Positions 1 to 6,045 of a DNA stretch of 10,339 bases are shown piece after piece. The first letter of the stretch is position 1. Every line of letters starts with the position of its first letter. Below the pieces are notes generated by a model. That model worked only from the letters and a program-made list of their open reading frames with translations. It was not told where the DNA came from and did no database searches. Position numbers and translations under genes: made by a program. Where the stretch lies: positions 1 to 10,339 of IMG/VR virus record IMGVR_UViG_2671180710_000010, one strand, 5' to 3'. This DNA comes from a virus (Duplodnaviria; Heunggongvirae; Uroviricota; Caudoviricetes).

Positions 1-232
1 TAGCGCCCGCTGACCGCTGCCAGCCTTTCAGCATGTAAATCGCATCCACACAACGAATCATTGCCATGCAAATATCCATGTAGTGCGGCTGTGTCAGCCC
101 GTCCGGAAGTACTGCCGGGTTTAAGACGGTATGCCCTTCCCGTTTCAGTTCCTCTTCCGCCTTGTGAAACGCCTCACGGTTGAAATTTTCATATCCCGTC
201 ATTGGACCGGCAATATAAACTCTCACCCTCAC
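1..232 (-). CDS. DUF4406-like (nucleoside 2-deoxyribosyltransferase-like) protein, N-terminal part only; gene runs off the window start
   Basis: Minus-strand translation from GTG at 232 gives MRVRVYIAGPMTGYENFNREAFHKAEEELKREGHTVLNPAVLPDGLTQPHYMDICMAMIRCVDAIYMLKGWQRSAGA with no stop to position 1. AGGAGG SD (245..240) lies 7 nt upstream and the start overlaps the stop of the upstream gene. The YIAGPMTG...NF..F motif matches my recollection of DUF4406 proteins. Start could instead be GTG 226 or ATG 202. Confidence 0.5.
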   Translation of the reverse strand, partial: MRVRVYIAGPMTGYENFNREAFHKAEEELKREGHTVLNPAVLPDGLTQPHYMDICMAMIRCVDAIYMLKGWQRSAGA

Positions 233-621
233 TCCATCACCTCCTGAAAGTTTCCCCGATAGAACGCCAGCACACGCTGCATAACTTCGCTCTGGCGGCA
301 CTCACGACAAATTATGTTCTGCCGTCTGTTGTAACGACGTATTTCTCCGTCAGGTAACTTTCGAATCAGTGTCGGGTCAGCAGCCTTCTCCGGTGTCTTA
401 CGCCATACGCGATACGCCTGCTCTGATGGAAATACCCCGCAATCAGAGAGCCAGACATCACCACTGACCGCAAGCGCACCAGATAAACGACGAATAGCGG
501 TCTTACTGACACCCGTTTTATCTGCCAGTTGTCGAAAAGTTTCTCGTCCGCTCAGGCGCACGAATTCCACAATGCGCGCCTTCACTTCTTCCCGCTCTTC
601 TGGTGTAAATACTTTTGCCAT
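229..621 (-). CDS. Hypothetical phage protein with a predicted helix-turn-helix (about 130 aa)
   Basis: Listed ORF 229..636 begins at a TTG. ATG at 621 has a GGAGG SD 5 nt upstream, giving MAKVFTPEEREEV.... HTH-like segment TFRQLADKTGVSKTAIRRL; C-terminal CRECRQ. Sits 15 nt after the upstream gene in the same operon. Confidence 0.55.
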   Translation of the reverse strand: MAKVFTPEEREEVKARIVEFVRLSGRETFRQLADKTGVSKTAIRRLSGALAVSGDVWLSDCGVFPSEQAYRVWRKTPEKAADPTLIRKLPDGEIRRYNRRQNIICRECRQSEVMQRVLAFYRGNFQEVME

Positions 622-636
622 AAGCGCCTCCGGCAA

Positions 637-1398
637 TCACTTTTCCGATACAACACGGCGGGAAGAATCAGTAATCTGTCGAACAATATCCCGGTGCTTG
701 TTCAGCTCCCGCAGCGCGGCGCAGACTCGCTCCCACTTCTGAACATCACTTTTCGCCCTGCGCAGCGCCAGGTTTGCCCTGCGCAGGGACGGAAAAATCA
801 GCTCATCTGCTTGCGTTTCGGTAAACGATGGCAACGACTGCACAATGTCCGCCACAGTTTCTGTTTTAATTTCTTCCTGTGTTGCGGCTTCCCGGACTGG
901 TAACGCAGCACCTGCTGGCTGAGGAAAGGCCTTACCATCACTTTCCGTTACCGATGCTGCTTTCGGCTCTGCTGGTAAATTATCGCCCGGCATGCAGTAA
1001 CGAAATTTACCGTTCTGATTAACGCGAATCAGACGACCTTTACTGATTGCCATTGCCAGCTTTGAAGCCACTTTGCGTGATGTGATGCCGAAAAACGTAG
1101 CCAGTTCATCCGCCGTTTGTGGGCCACGTTGTTCAATCGTCGCAGTTAAATCGCTCTCCGAAATTTTAGCGACTGTTGCCGTGGTGGTTTCTTCCGACAG
1201 TTCTGCCGGCGCTGGCTGTTCCCGCTGAACGTTGTTATAAGCCACACGCCAGGTGTACGCGCTTTTATCAACGAAACCAGCCTTTTTCAGTTCCCATAGT
1301 TCGTTCAGCACTTCTTCACGACTGATATCAAGTCGCGCAGCCAGTTCTACCGACGTGGCTTTTCCCATCGCTTTCAGTGCGTCAAAAACAGTCTCCAT
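637..1398 (-). CDS. Phage protein with two predicted winged-helix segments (DUF1627-like, recalled family)
   Basis: 253-aa ORF. ATG at 1398 has GGAGG 6 nt upstream. Two similar HTH-like segments ([26 protein letters not shown] and [29 protein letters not shown]). Family name is from memory only. Confidence 0.6.
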   Translation of the reverse strand: METVFDALKAMGKATSVELAARLDISREEVLNELWELKKAGFVDKSAYTWRVAYNNVQREQPAPAELSEETTTATVAKISESDLTATIEQRGPQTADELATFFGITSRKVASKLAMAISKGRLIRVNQNGKFRYCMPGDNLPAEPKAASVTESDGKAFPQPAGAALPVREAATQEEIKTETVADIVQSLPSFTETQADELIFPSLRRANLALRRAKSDVQKWERVCAALRELNKHRDIVRQITDSSRRVVSEK

Positions 1399-1430
1399 AA
1401 ATTTCCTCCCGGTAAAAATTACTTCTCAAC

Positions 1431-2096
1431 TCAAACAAACCCAGCCGCTTTCCGGCGTTCATATTCCTGTTTCAGCAACTCAATTGGCGTTGGCCCCGAC
1501 GGGCGTTTGGGTGCCGCCAGTTGTCGCCGGACTGGCGGAACGCTCAGGCCGTTACTAACATGCTTTGCCCATTTCGCCAGCTGCCGTTCTGCAAGCCGTT
1601 TTAATTCCCCTTCGGTCATCTGGCGCTCAATCCCCTTTGAACGCATCTCGAGGCAAATGTGATACAGCACAGGCTGAGACCACGGGTACTTATCACTTCC
1701 GTCATATCGCCAGGACTCATTGCGCCAGCGGCGGTACTCCTCCATCACAGCATCCACCGTCAGACCGAATGGATTGGCTCCGCTTTCCGAAATCAGTGCC
1801 ACAAACTCAGCCAGGTCCGGAGGCCATGTTTCACCCGCCCGGCAGCGGTCCATGCACTGGCGGCAGACCTGTCGGATTTGCTGCTCAGTCATCGCGCCAA
1901 TCTGTGCAATCCAGAGCTTCGAAGGTGCGGCCCCGTTCTTCTGGGTCCAGCGGTTCGAATAAACCTCCCCCATGAGTTCCCACAGCTTCCAGACCGTTTC
2001 CGTCGCTGATAAATCCGTTTTCACGTTCCCACTGCTCACGTGCTGCCCGAATTTCCTGAACTGCCCGTGATGCGGTGCCACCTGGTGCTGCTGCAT
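1431..2096 (-). CDS. Replication protein P-like (DnaB helicase loader family)
   Basis: 221-aa ORF. C-terminal region (..EYRRWRNESWRYDGSDKYPWSQPVLYHICLEMRSKG..TEGELKRLAERQL..) aligns by eye with the recalled lambda P C-terminus (..YEYCRKRGLYPDAESYPWKSNAHYWLV..TDAELRRKAADEL..). ATG 2096 has AGGGGG 6 nt upstream but overlaps the O-like gene by 212 nt; alternative starts at 1973 or 1892. Confidence 0.65.
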   Translation of the reverse strand: MQQHQVAPHHGQFRKFGQHVSSGNVKTDLSATETVWKLWELMGEVYSNRWTQKNGAAPSKLWIAQIGAMTEQQIRQVCRQCMDRCRAGETWPPDLAEFVALISESGANPFGLTVDAVMEEYRRWRNESWRYDGSDKYPWSQPVLYHICLEMRSKGIERQMTEGELKRLAERQLAKWAKHVSNGLSVPPVRRQLAAPKRPSGPTPIELLKQEYERRKAAGFV

Positions 2097-2925
2097 GGTT
2101 TACCCCCTTGCTGACTGGTTTAACCTGCGCCCTGACGTGATTTACGTGACGGGCGAATTTCTGCTCCCACTGAATCTGCGTAAACACTTTCCCCTCCGCT
2201 GCCCAGTAGTCCCGGAAGGCGGCAAGTTCAGCAGGTGTAAATTCTGTCTCCGGCAAAGCCATCCCCCACAACGCAGCCCGTCGTCGAAAATCCCGTGACG
2301 GATACCAGCTATCGGTCATCGGAAATTTTCCGATGGGTTCGCTCAGGCCATCCAGGAATACAAGGGGTGCTGCCTGTAACGACAAAACTTCCTGCTCACT
2401 GGTCGGAGCACTCTCGCGTGCGTTATGTGTGGGGTTTAGATCTTTGGGTTCCTTTGGGTTCCGTGATCCGTTTTTGGGTGTCTTTGATGGAAAATTTGGG
2501 TGTCTTTGGTTATTTTCCATGCAGCTAAGAGTTCCGTTTTTGGGTCTGTTTTGTGCTGAAACATAACCATTTTCGGTACTGTTTTTATTAACAGCACCAA
2601 TTTTACCCACCTTTAAAGACTCCCGTTTTTGGGTGTATTCAGGCTCGGCAACACTTTCTTCTACACCGATAAGTCGGTACACCACAATTTGCTTTGTTCT
2701 GCCTTTTCTCTCACCGGTATCAACAATTAACCCAATCTCCATCAGGTGTCGTAAGCTGTCCTGCACAGTCTTTTTGTTCAGTTCCGTTACTTCTGCCAGT
2801 GCAGATACAGACGGGTATGCACACAAATCGGCACCGCACATATCAGCAAGCCAAGTCAATACAGACTTACTGGATGAACTGCCGGTTTTCACCTTTTTAG
2901 CCCATCGTAGTGCATCGATACTCAT
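1885..2925 (-). CDS. Replication initiator (lambda O position): N-terminal HTH domain, central low-complexity linker encoded by the iterons, C-terminal DnaT-like region
   Basis: ORF is open 1885..3000. ATG at 2925 (MSIDALRWAKKVK...) has AGGGG 5 nt upstream and overlaps the upstream gene end by 29 nt. N-terminal HTH (LAEVTELNKKTVQDSLRHLMEIGLI), Pro/Lys/Asn-rich linker, C-terminal FTPAELAAFRDYWAAEGKVFTQIQWEQKFARHV. Position between the CII-position gene and the P-like gene. Confidence 0.65.
   Translation of the reverse strand: MSIDALRWAKKVKTGSSSSKSVLTWLADMCGADLCAYPSVSALAEVTELNKKTVQDSLRHLMEIGLIVDTGERKGRTKQIVVYRLIGVEESVAEPEYTQKRESLKVGKIGAVNKNSTENGYVSAQNRPKNGTLSCMENNQRHPNFPSKTPKNGSRNPKEPKDLNPTHNARESAPTSEQEVLSLQAAPLVFLDGLSEPIGKFPMTDSWYPSRDFRRRAALWGMALPETEFTPAELAAFRDYWAAEGKVFTQIQWEQKFARHVNHVRAQVKPVSKGVNHAAAPGGTASRAVQEIRAAREQWERENGFISDGNGLEAVGTHGGGLFEPLDPEERGRTFEALDCTDWRDD
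2441..2640. repeat. Iteron cluster plus AT-rich tract inside the O-like gene (putative replication origin)
   Basis: Same-orientation copies with a TTTGGGT core: CCGTTTTTGGGTGTCTTTG (2468-2486), AAAATTTGGGTGTCTTTGG (2491-2509), CCGTTTTTGGGTCTGTTTTG (2534-2553), CCGTTTTTGGGTGTATTC (2623-2640), plus tandem CTTTGGGTTCC x2 (2441-2462). AT-rich stretch 2554-2620. Same arrangement as ori-lambda inside gene O. Confidence 0.5.
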
Positions 2926-3448
2926 ACGAACCCCTGGCAGACATTTGTTTATCTGCAAAGTAATATTGATATTGCTGACGATACGCATGCTTGAAAGCAA
3001 TAGCTTTTTCTATAAGCTCGTCAGTCTCACGTTCCACAACAGATGGATCCGCAAAAAGCAGCCCGGACTCCACCACATCGCCATATTCTTTGTTTAACCC
3101 GGCGATCATGTACGTAATGCTTTTTCCGTCAGTAATTTCACAATACAACCTGAAATCGCTGATCCGGATAGCCTCCATAATTGCCGGAATCAGCGCCGTG
3201 AATTTTTCCCGCTTATCCCTGGTGTCGATAGCTTTCCAGCGTTCGAATATCTTCACCCGGTTAACGCCCAGCGCCCGTTGATCAACCTCGCCATCATTAA
3301 ACGTGACGCGTTGAACATCGATGTTCGGGCGTTCTTTCAGAGCCCAGAATGCTTCCGTGATTAATATCGTCGCCTGCTCCTGTGTCATTCCTGGTCGGCA
3401 TACCCAGGCATCCAGAGCCTCACAAACCTGTTCAGGGGTGATTTTCAT
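2897..3448 (-). CDS. YdaT-like regulator in the CII position (183 aa)
   Basis: ATG at 3448 overlaps the end of the cro-like gene by 17 nt. Motif TRDKREKFTALIPAIMEAI resembles the REK..LIPAI segment I recall in Rac YdaT. Position immediately downstream of cro-like and upstream of the replication genes. Confidence 0.45.
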   Translation of the reverse strand: MKITPEQVCEALDAWVCRPGMTQEQATILITEAFWALKERPNIDVQRVTFNDGEVDQRALGVNRVKIFERWKAIDTRDKREKFTALIPAIMEAIRISDFRLYCEITDGKSITYMIAGLNKEYGDVVESGLLFADPSVVERETDELIEKAIAFKHAYRQQYQYYFADKQMSARGSYEYRCTTMG

Positions 3449-3659
3449 TGTTCAACCGCCCCGCCCGCTTCGTCTTACGATATTCGTCATAAACTTTGGG
3501 ATCATACTGAAGCTCACCGCCAGATGCCTCCTGTAGACGCATCGCGCGACCTTCAGGAACCAGTTTCCCCCATGCAGCAACGCTTGCCAGCCTAACTCCT
3601 GCGGCATTGGCAAGCTTTGTTTTGCTGCCAAAAAACGCTATAGCATCAATTTTCAACAT
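3432..3659 (-). CDS. dicC: Cro-like repressor DicC
   Basis: 75 aa (MLKIDAIAFFGSKTKLANAAGVRLASVAAWGKLVPEGRAMRLQEASGGELQYDPKVYDEY...). AAGGAG SD 6 nt upstream of the ATG. Divergent from the dicA-like gene across a 76-bp operator region. Matches recalled DicC/YdaS-Cro family proteins. Confidence 0.8.
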   Translation of the reverse strand: MLKIDAIAFFGSKTKLANAAGVRLASVAAWGKLVPEGRAMRLQEASGGELQYDPKVYDEYRKTKRAGRLNNENHP

Positions 3660-3735
3660 ATCGAACTCCTTAGATTTTCCTAAGGAAACTAGATCGTAGA
3701 GAAACCTAAGTCAAGAAAAATTAGAATTACCTAAT
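3660..3735. promoter_or_regulatory. Divergent promoter/operator region between dicC and dicA
   Basis: Inverted repeat CCTTAG-N6-CTAAGG (3668-3685). AACCTAAG (3703-3710) overlaps a minus-strand -35 TTGACT (rc of 3709-3714). Plus-strand -10 TAGAAT (3722-3727) sits 8 nt before the dicA ATG, which has no SD. Confidence 0.6.
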
Positions 3736-4143
3736 ATGAAAAACGAAACCTTCGGTGCTCGCCTCTTATACAGGCGTAAAAAATTAAAACTGTCTCAGGC
3801 CGCATTAGGTAAGCTGGTCAAAGTGGCTCACGTAACAATTTCTCAATGGGAAAGAGATGAAACACAGCCAGCGGGGAAGAGATTATTCGCACTGAGCCAG
3901 GCGCTTCAGTGCTCGCCGACTTGGCTTCTTTTTGGAGATGAAGATAAGCAACCAGGCGAACCGATCCCAGATAATCAGCCAGTTAATCTGACAGAAGATC
4001 AAAAAGAGTTGCTTCAACTGTTCGACGCACTGCCTGAGTCAGAGCAAAAGGCTCTGTTGTCAGAGATGCGTGCTCGAGTTGAGAATTTCAACAAACTTTT
4101 TGAAGAACTACTCAAAGCTCGCAAAAGAAGCGCAAATAAATAA
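3736..4143 (+). CDS. dicA: Immunity repressor DicA (XRE-family HTH)
   Basis: 135 aa. N-terminal HTH (LSQAALGKLVKVAHVTISQWERDE). Motifs FALSQALQCSPTWLLFGDEDKQP and EMRARVENFNKLFEELLKARKR match my recollection of E. coli K-12 DicA, also 135 aa. Confidence 0.85.
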   Translation: MKNETFGARLLYRRKKLKLSQAALGKLVKVAHVTISQWERDETQPAGKRLFALSQALQCSPTWLLFGDEDKQPGEPIPDNQPVNLTEDQKELLQLFDALPESEQKALLSEMRARVENFNKLFEELLKARKRSANK

Positions 4144-4214
4144 CCCCCCCTTTTTTCGCCACTCTCTGTAATAAAAATCACAAACTTTCAAATGCTTGTG
4201 TTTTTTACATCAAA

Positions 4215-4271
4215 AAACTTAGGTTTTTCTACACAAAAAGCTTGACCACAATTCTTAGGTTATTCTAAATT
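4215..4271 (+). promoter_or_regulatory. Candidate promoter of the downstream ydfA-dicF-dicB operon with overlapping operator-like repeats
   Basis: -35 TTGACC (4242-4247), 18-nt spacer, -10 TAAATT (4266-4271). Two direct CTTAGGTT copies (4218-4225, 4254-4261), the reverse complement of AACCTAAG in the dicC-dicA intergenic region. Confidence 0.4.
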
Positions 4272-4347
4272 CTACTCATCAAGACACCGCACGGTGTTCT
4301 CAGCAAACAGTTCCGCTACCCTGGCGTTAAGGGGAAATGAGGTCAGC

Positions 4348-4500
4348 ATGGATACTATCGATCTTGGCAACAACGAATCTCTGGTATGCGGCGTGTTTCC
4401 CAACCAGGACGGCACGTTTACCGCGATGACGTATACCAAAAGTAAAAAGTTTAAAACCGAAGCTGGCGCGCGTCGCTGGTTAGCCAGAAACACTAACTGA
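4348..4500 (+). CDS. ydfA: Small protein YdfA-like (50 aa)
   Basis: ATG 4348 has GAGG 5 nt upstream; MDTIDLGNNESLVCGVFPNQDGTFTAMTYTKSKKFKTEAGARRWLARNTN. The listed ORF starts at GTG 4294 without an SD. Same position and size as K-12 Qin ydfA (51 aa, recalled). Confidence 0.55.
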   Translation: MDTIDLGNNESLVCGVFPNQDGTFTAMTYTKSKKFKTEAGARRWLARNTN

Positions 4501-4750
4501 TTAGCACCAGTAAAAACAGGTTGCCACTGGTTAATTTACCCTGAAAAGTCAGGGCATAACACGAAAGCGCACGGAGAAGCTCGTCTCTCTGTACTTTGTC
4601 GTTAAATTTAATTCGACCGTGCGCTTCCGGTTGTGGCAATCCGCGAAATGGCGCGGCGGTAAGTATGGCGGGGTTATTCCTTCCCCTTGAGGACACCGGG
4701 TTGTCAGGCTGACCATACGCTTAAGTGACAGCCCCGCCACAATATCCATG

Positions 4751-4803
4751 TGTAGTCTTTGGTGGCATCAGTTCTACTCCGTGACTGCTCTGCCACCCTT
4801 TTT
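4751..4803 (+). ncRNA. dicF: DicF small RNA (ftsZ-targeting sRNA of dicB operons)
   Basis: TTTGGTGGCATCAGTTCTACTCCGTGACTGCTCTGCCACCCTTTTT closely matches recalled K-12 DicF (..GGCGGUAUCAGUUUUACUCCGUGACUGCUCUGCCGCCCUUUUU). Ends in an intrinsic terminator. 5' end approximate. Confidence 0.7.
4761..4803 (+). terminator. Intrinsic terminator forming the DicF 3' end
   Basis: Perfect 7-bp stem GGTGGCA (4761-4767) / TGCCACC (4791-4797) with inner CAGT/ACTG pairing, followed by TTTTT (4799-4803). Confidence 0.65.
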
Positions 4804-5010
4804 AAAGTGAATTTTGTGATGCGGTGAATGCGGCTAAGCGCACGCGGAACAGTTAAAACCGTAAAGTGGTCTTTTACGGGGCGTAACGGGCATACTTCTG
4901 TATTCCGGCGTTAATTGTTAACTGGTTAACGTCACCTGGAGGCACCAGGCACTGCATCAACAAAGTTCACTTCGGTGATGAAAGGTAAGAGAAAATGTTG
5001 AATGTAGCTA

Positions 5011-5039
5011 TTGAAAACCAGAACGGGTGGAATTATAGT
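5011..5039 (+). promoter_or_regulatory. Near-consensus sigma70 promoter upstream of rha
   Basis: -35 TTGAAA (5011-5016), 17-nt spacer, -10 TATAGT (5034-5039). Predicted start near 5046. Confidence 0.4.
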
Positions 5040-5094
5040 GCACCTGCACCTCATAAAACGGGTGCCGGGATTGCTACCCCGATGTTCATCATGG

Positions 5095-5127
5095 CGCATA
5101 ACCGCGCTCAGGCGGTTTTTTTATGCG
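5095..5127 (+). terminator. Intrinsic terminator-like hairpin with U-tract
   Basis: Stem AACCGC (5100-5105) / GCGGTT (5112-5117), 6-nt loop, T-run 5116-5122. An alternative outer stem CGCATAA (5095-5101) / TTATGCG (5121-5127) is also possible. About 75 nt downstream of the predicted start. Confidence 0.5.
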
Positions 5128-5288
5128 TAATGCACAGCCACATTCAGATTATGGTGGGGCGTGCAGGGCAGCCGCAAGGCTGGCCGGGTTCCATGATGAC
5201 CGGTTGTAGCAACCCTGTGCGTCTCACCACCCATGAGATTGCTACCTCCGGTGGTGAGTTAATGAAATTCATCATGGAGGCTGCCATC

Positions 5289-5846
5289 ATGGCTACTATC
5301 CCTGCCCTTTCTCACCCTGAAATTACTATCGCCAATGGGCGTGCTGTTACATCCTCTTTAGCTGTTGCCGAGTATTTCCGGAAACCACACAAAGATGTAC
5401 TGGCAAAAATTTCACGTCTAGACTGTTCAGCGGAATTCACTGAGCGAAATTTTTCGCCCAGTGAATATACCGACTCAACCGGGCGCAAACTCCCTATGTA
5501 CCAAATCACCAAAAACGGCTTCGTTTTCCTGGTGATGGGCTTCACCGGCAAAAAAGCCGCTGCATTTAAAGAAGCCTACATCGCTGAGTTCGATCGCATG
5601 GAGAAAGAACTGCGCCAGAATAACGCCCCGTCTCCCGACAAAATGATTCACGGGGACGGACGTACCCTGGTTATCCGTCTCGACGAACACGGCAATATCA
5701 AATTCACTGAAACCGTTCCGGACGGCGCAATGGTCTGCACCCTGGATACCTTCCAGTTTTATCTGGAAAAACAAGGCTGGACTCTTGTAAACCGGAGCGC
5801 AATTAAAAATATGACTGTGGAGCAATTACTAAAAATTCATTGTTGA
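5289..5846 (+). CDS. rha: Phage regulatory protein Rha family
   Basis: ATG 5289 has GGAGG 8 nt upstream. N-terminus MATIPALSHPEITIANGRAVTSSLAVAEYFRKPHKDVLAKI fits the Rha N-terminal domain pattern. The listed ORF extends in frame to 4995, but that extension contains the promoter and terminator above and has atypical composition. Confidence 0.75.
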   Translation: MATIPALSHPEITIANGRAVTSSLAVAEYFRKPHKDVLAKISRLDCSAEFTERNFSPSEYTDSTGRKLPMYQITKNGFVFLVMGFTGKKAAAFKEAYIAEFDRMEKELRQNNAPSPDKMIHGDGRTLVIRLDEHGNIKFTETVPDGAMVCTLDTFQFYLEKQGWTLVNRSAIKNMTVEQLLKIHC

Positions 5847-5856
5847 GGACGCGATA

Positions 5857-6045
5857 ATGGAAACGTTATTACCAAACGTTAATACGTCTGAAGGGTGTTT
5901 TGATATTGGTGTTCTGCTCAGTAACCGGGAGTTTACTGAAGATGCCATTAAGATGAGAAAATATGAGCCTTATCTTCTCAATGATAATTCCATACTCTCC
6001 AGAATTGCCCTTCTTGAACTTGGTATTTTCGGGGGGCAGCAGTGA
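5857..6045 (+). CDS. dicB: Cell-division inhibitor DicB
   Basis: 62 aa, METLLPNVNTSEGCFDIGVLLSNREFTEDAIKMRK..., matching recalled K-12 DicB (MKTLLPNVNTSEGCFEIGV...; 62 aa). GAGGA SD 7 nt upstream. Downstream of dicF. Confidence 0.8.
   Translation: METLLPNVNTSEGCFDIGVLLSNREFTEDAIKMRKYEPYLLNDNSILSRIALLELGIFGGQQ

Noticed and set aside
529-903. Plus-strand 124-aa ORF
   Set aside because: Antisense to two well-supported minus-strand genes, no RBS, low-complexity translation.
1253-2009. Several plus-strand ORFs of 80-136 aa (1253..1558, 1565..1975, 1659..2009, 1720..1962)
   Set aside because: All antisense to the P-like and O-like genes; Ser/Pro/Arg-rich translations typical of antisense frames in GC-rich coding sequence.
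2441-2640. Possible CRISPR array suggested by the short repeats
   Set aside because: Repeats are under 20 bp, irregularly spaced, without unique spacers of constant length, and lie inside a coding sequence; they fit replication iterons.
2095-3281. Plus-strand ORFs of 67-154 aa overlapping the O-like and YdaT-like genes
   Set aside because: Antisense to supported genes, no RBS, and they cross the iteron region.
4138-4160. Intrinsic terminator after dicA (C-run followed by T-run)
   Set aside because: No complementary G-rich arm to form a hairpin, so it is not a canonical terminator.
4294-4347. GTG start extending ydfA to 68 aa
   Set aside because: No RBS at 4294, whereas ATG 4348 has GAGG 5 nt upstream; 50 aa matches the expected size.
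4565-4625. Retron msr/msd-like inverted repeats
   Set aside because: No reverse transcriptase gene nearby and the repeat spacing (41 nt) is far too short for a retron ncRNA.
4493-4749. Minus-strand ORFs of 66-67 aa in the ydfA-dicF spacer
   Set aside because: Antisense to the operon, no RBS, and overlapping the structured RNA region; judged non-coding.
5312-5825. Minus-strand ORFs inside rha (5312..5551, 5475..5825)
   Set aside because: Antisense to a well-supported Rha-family CDS.
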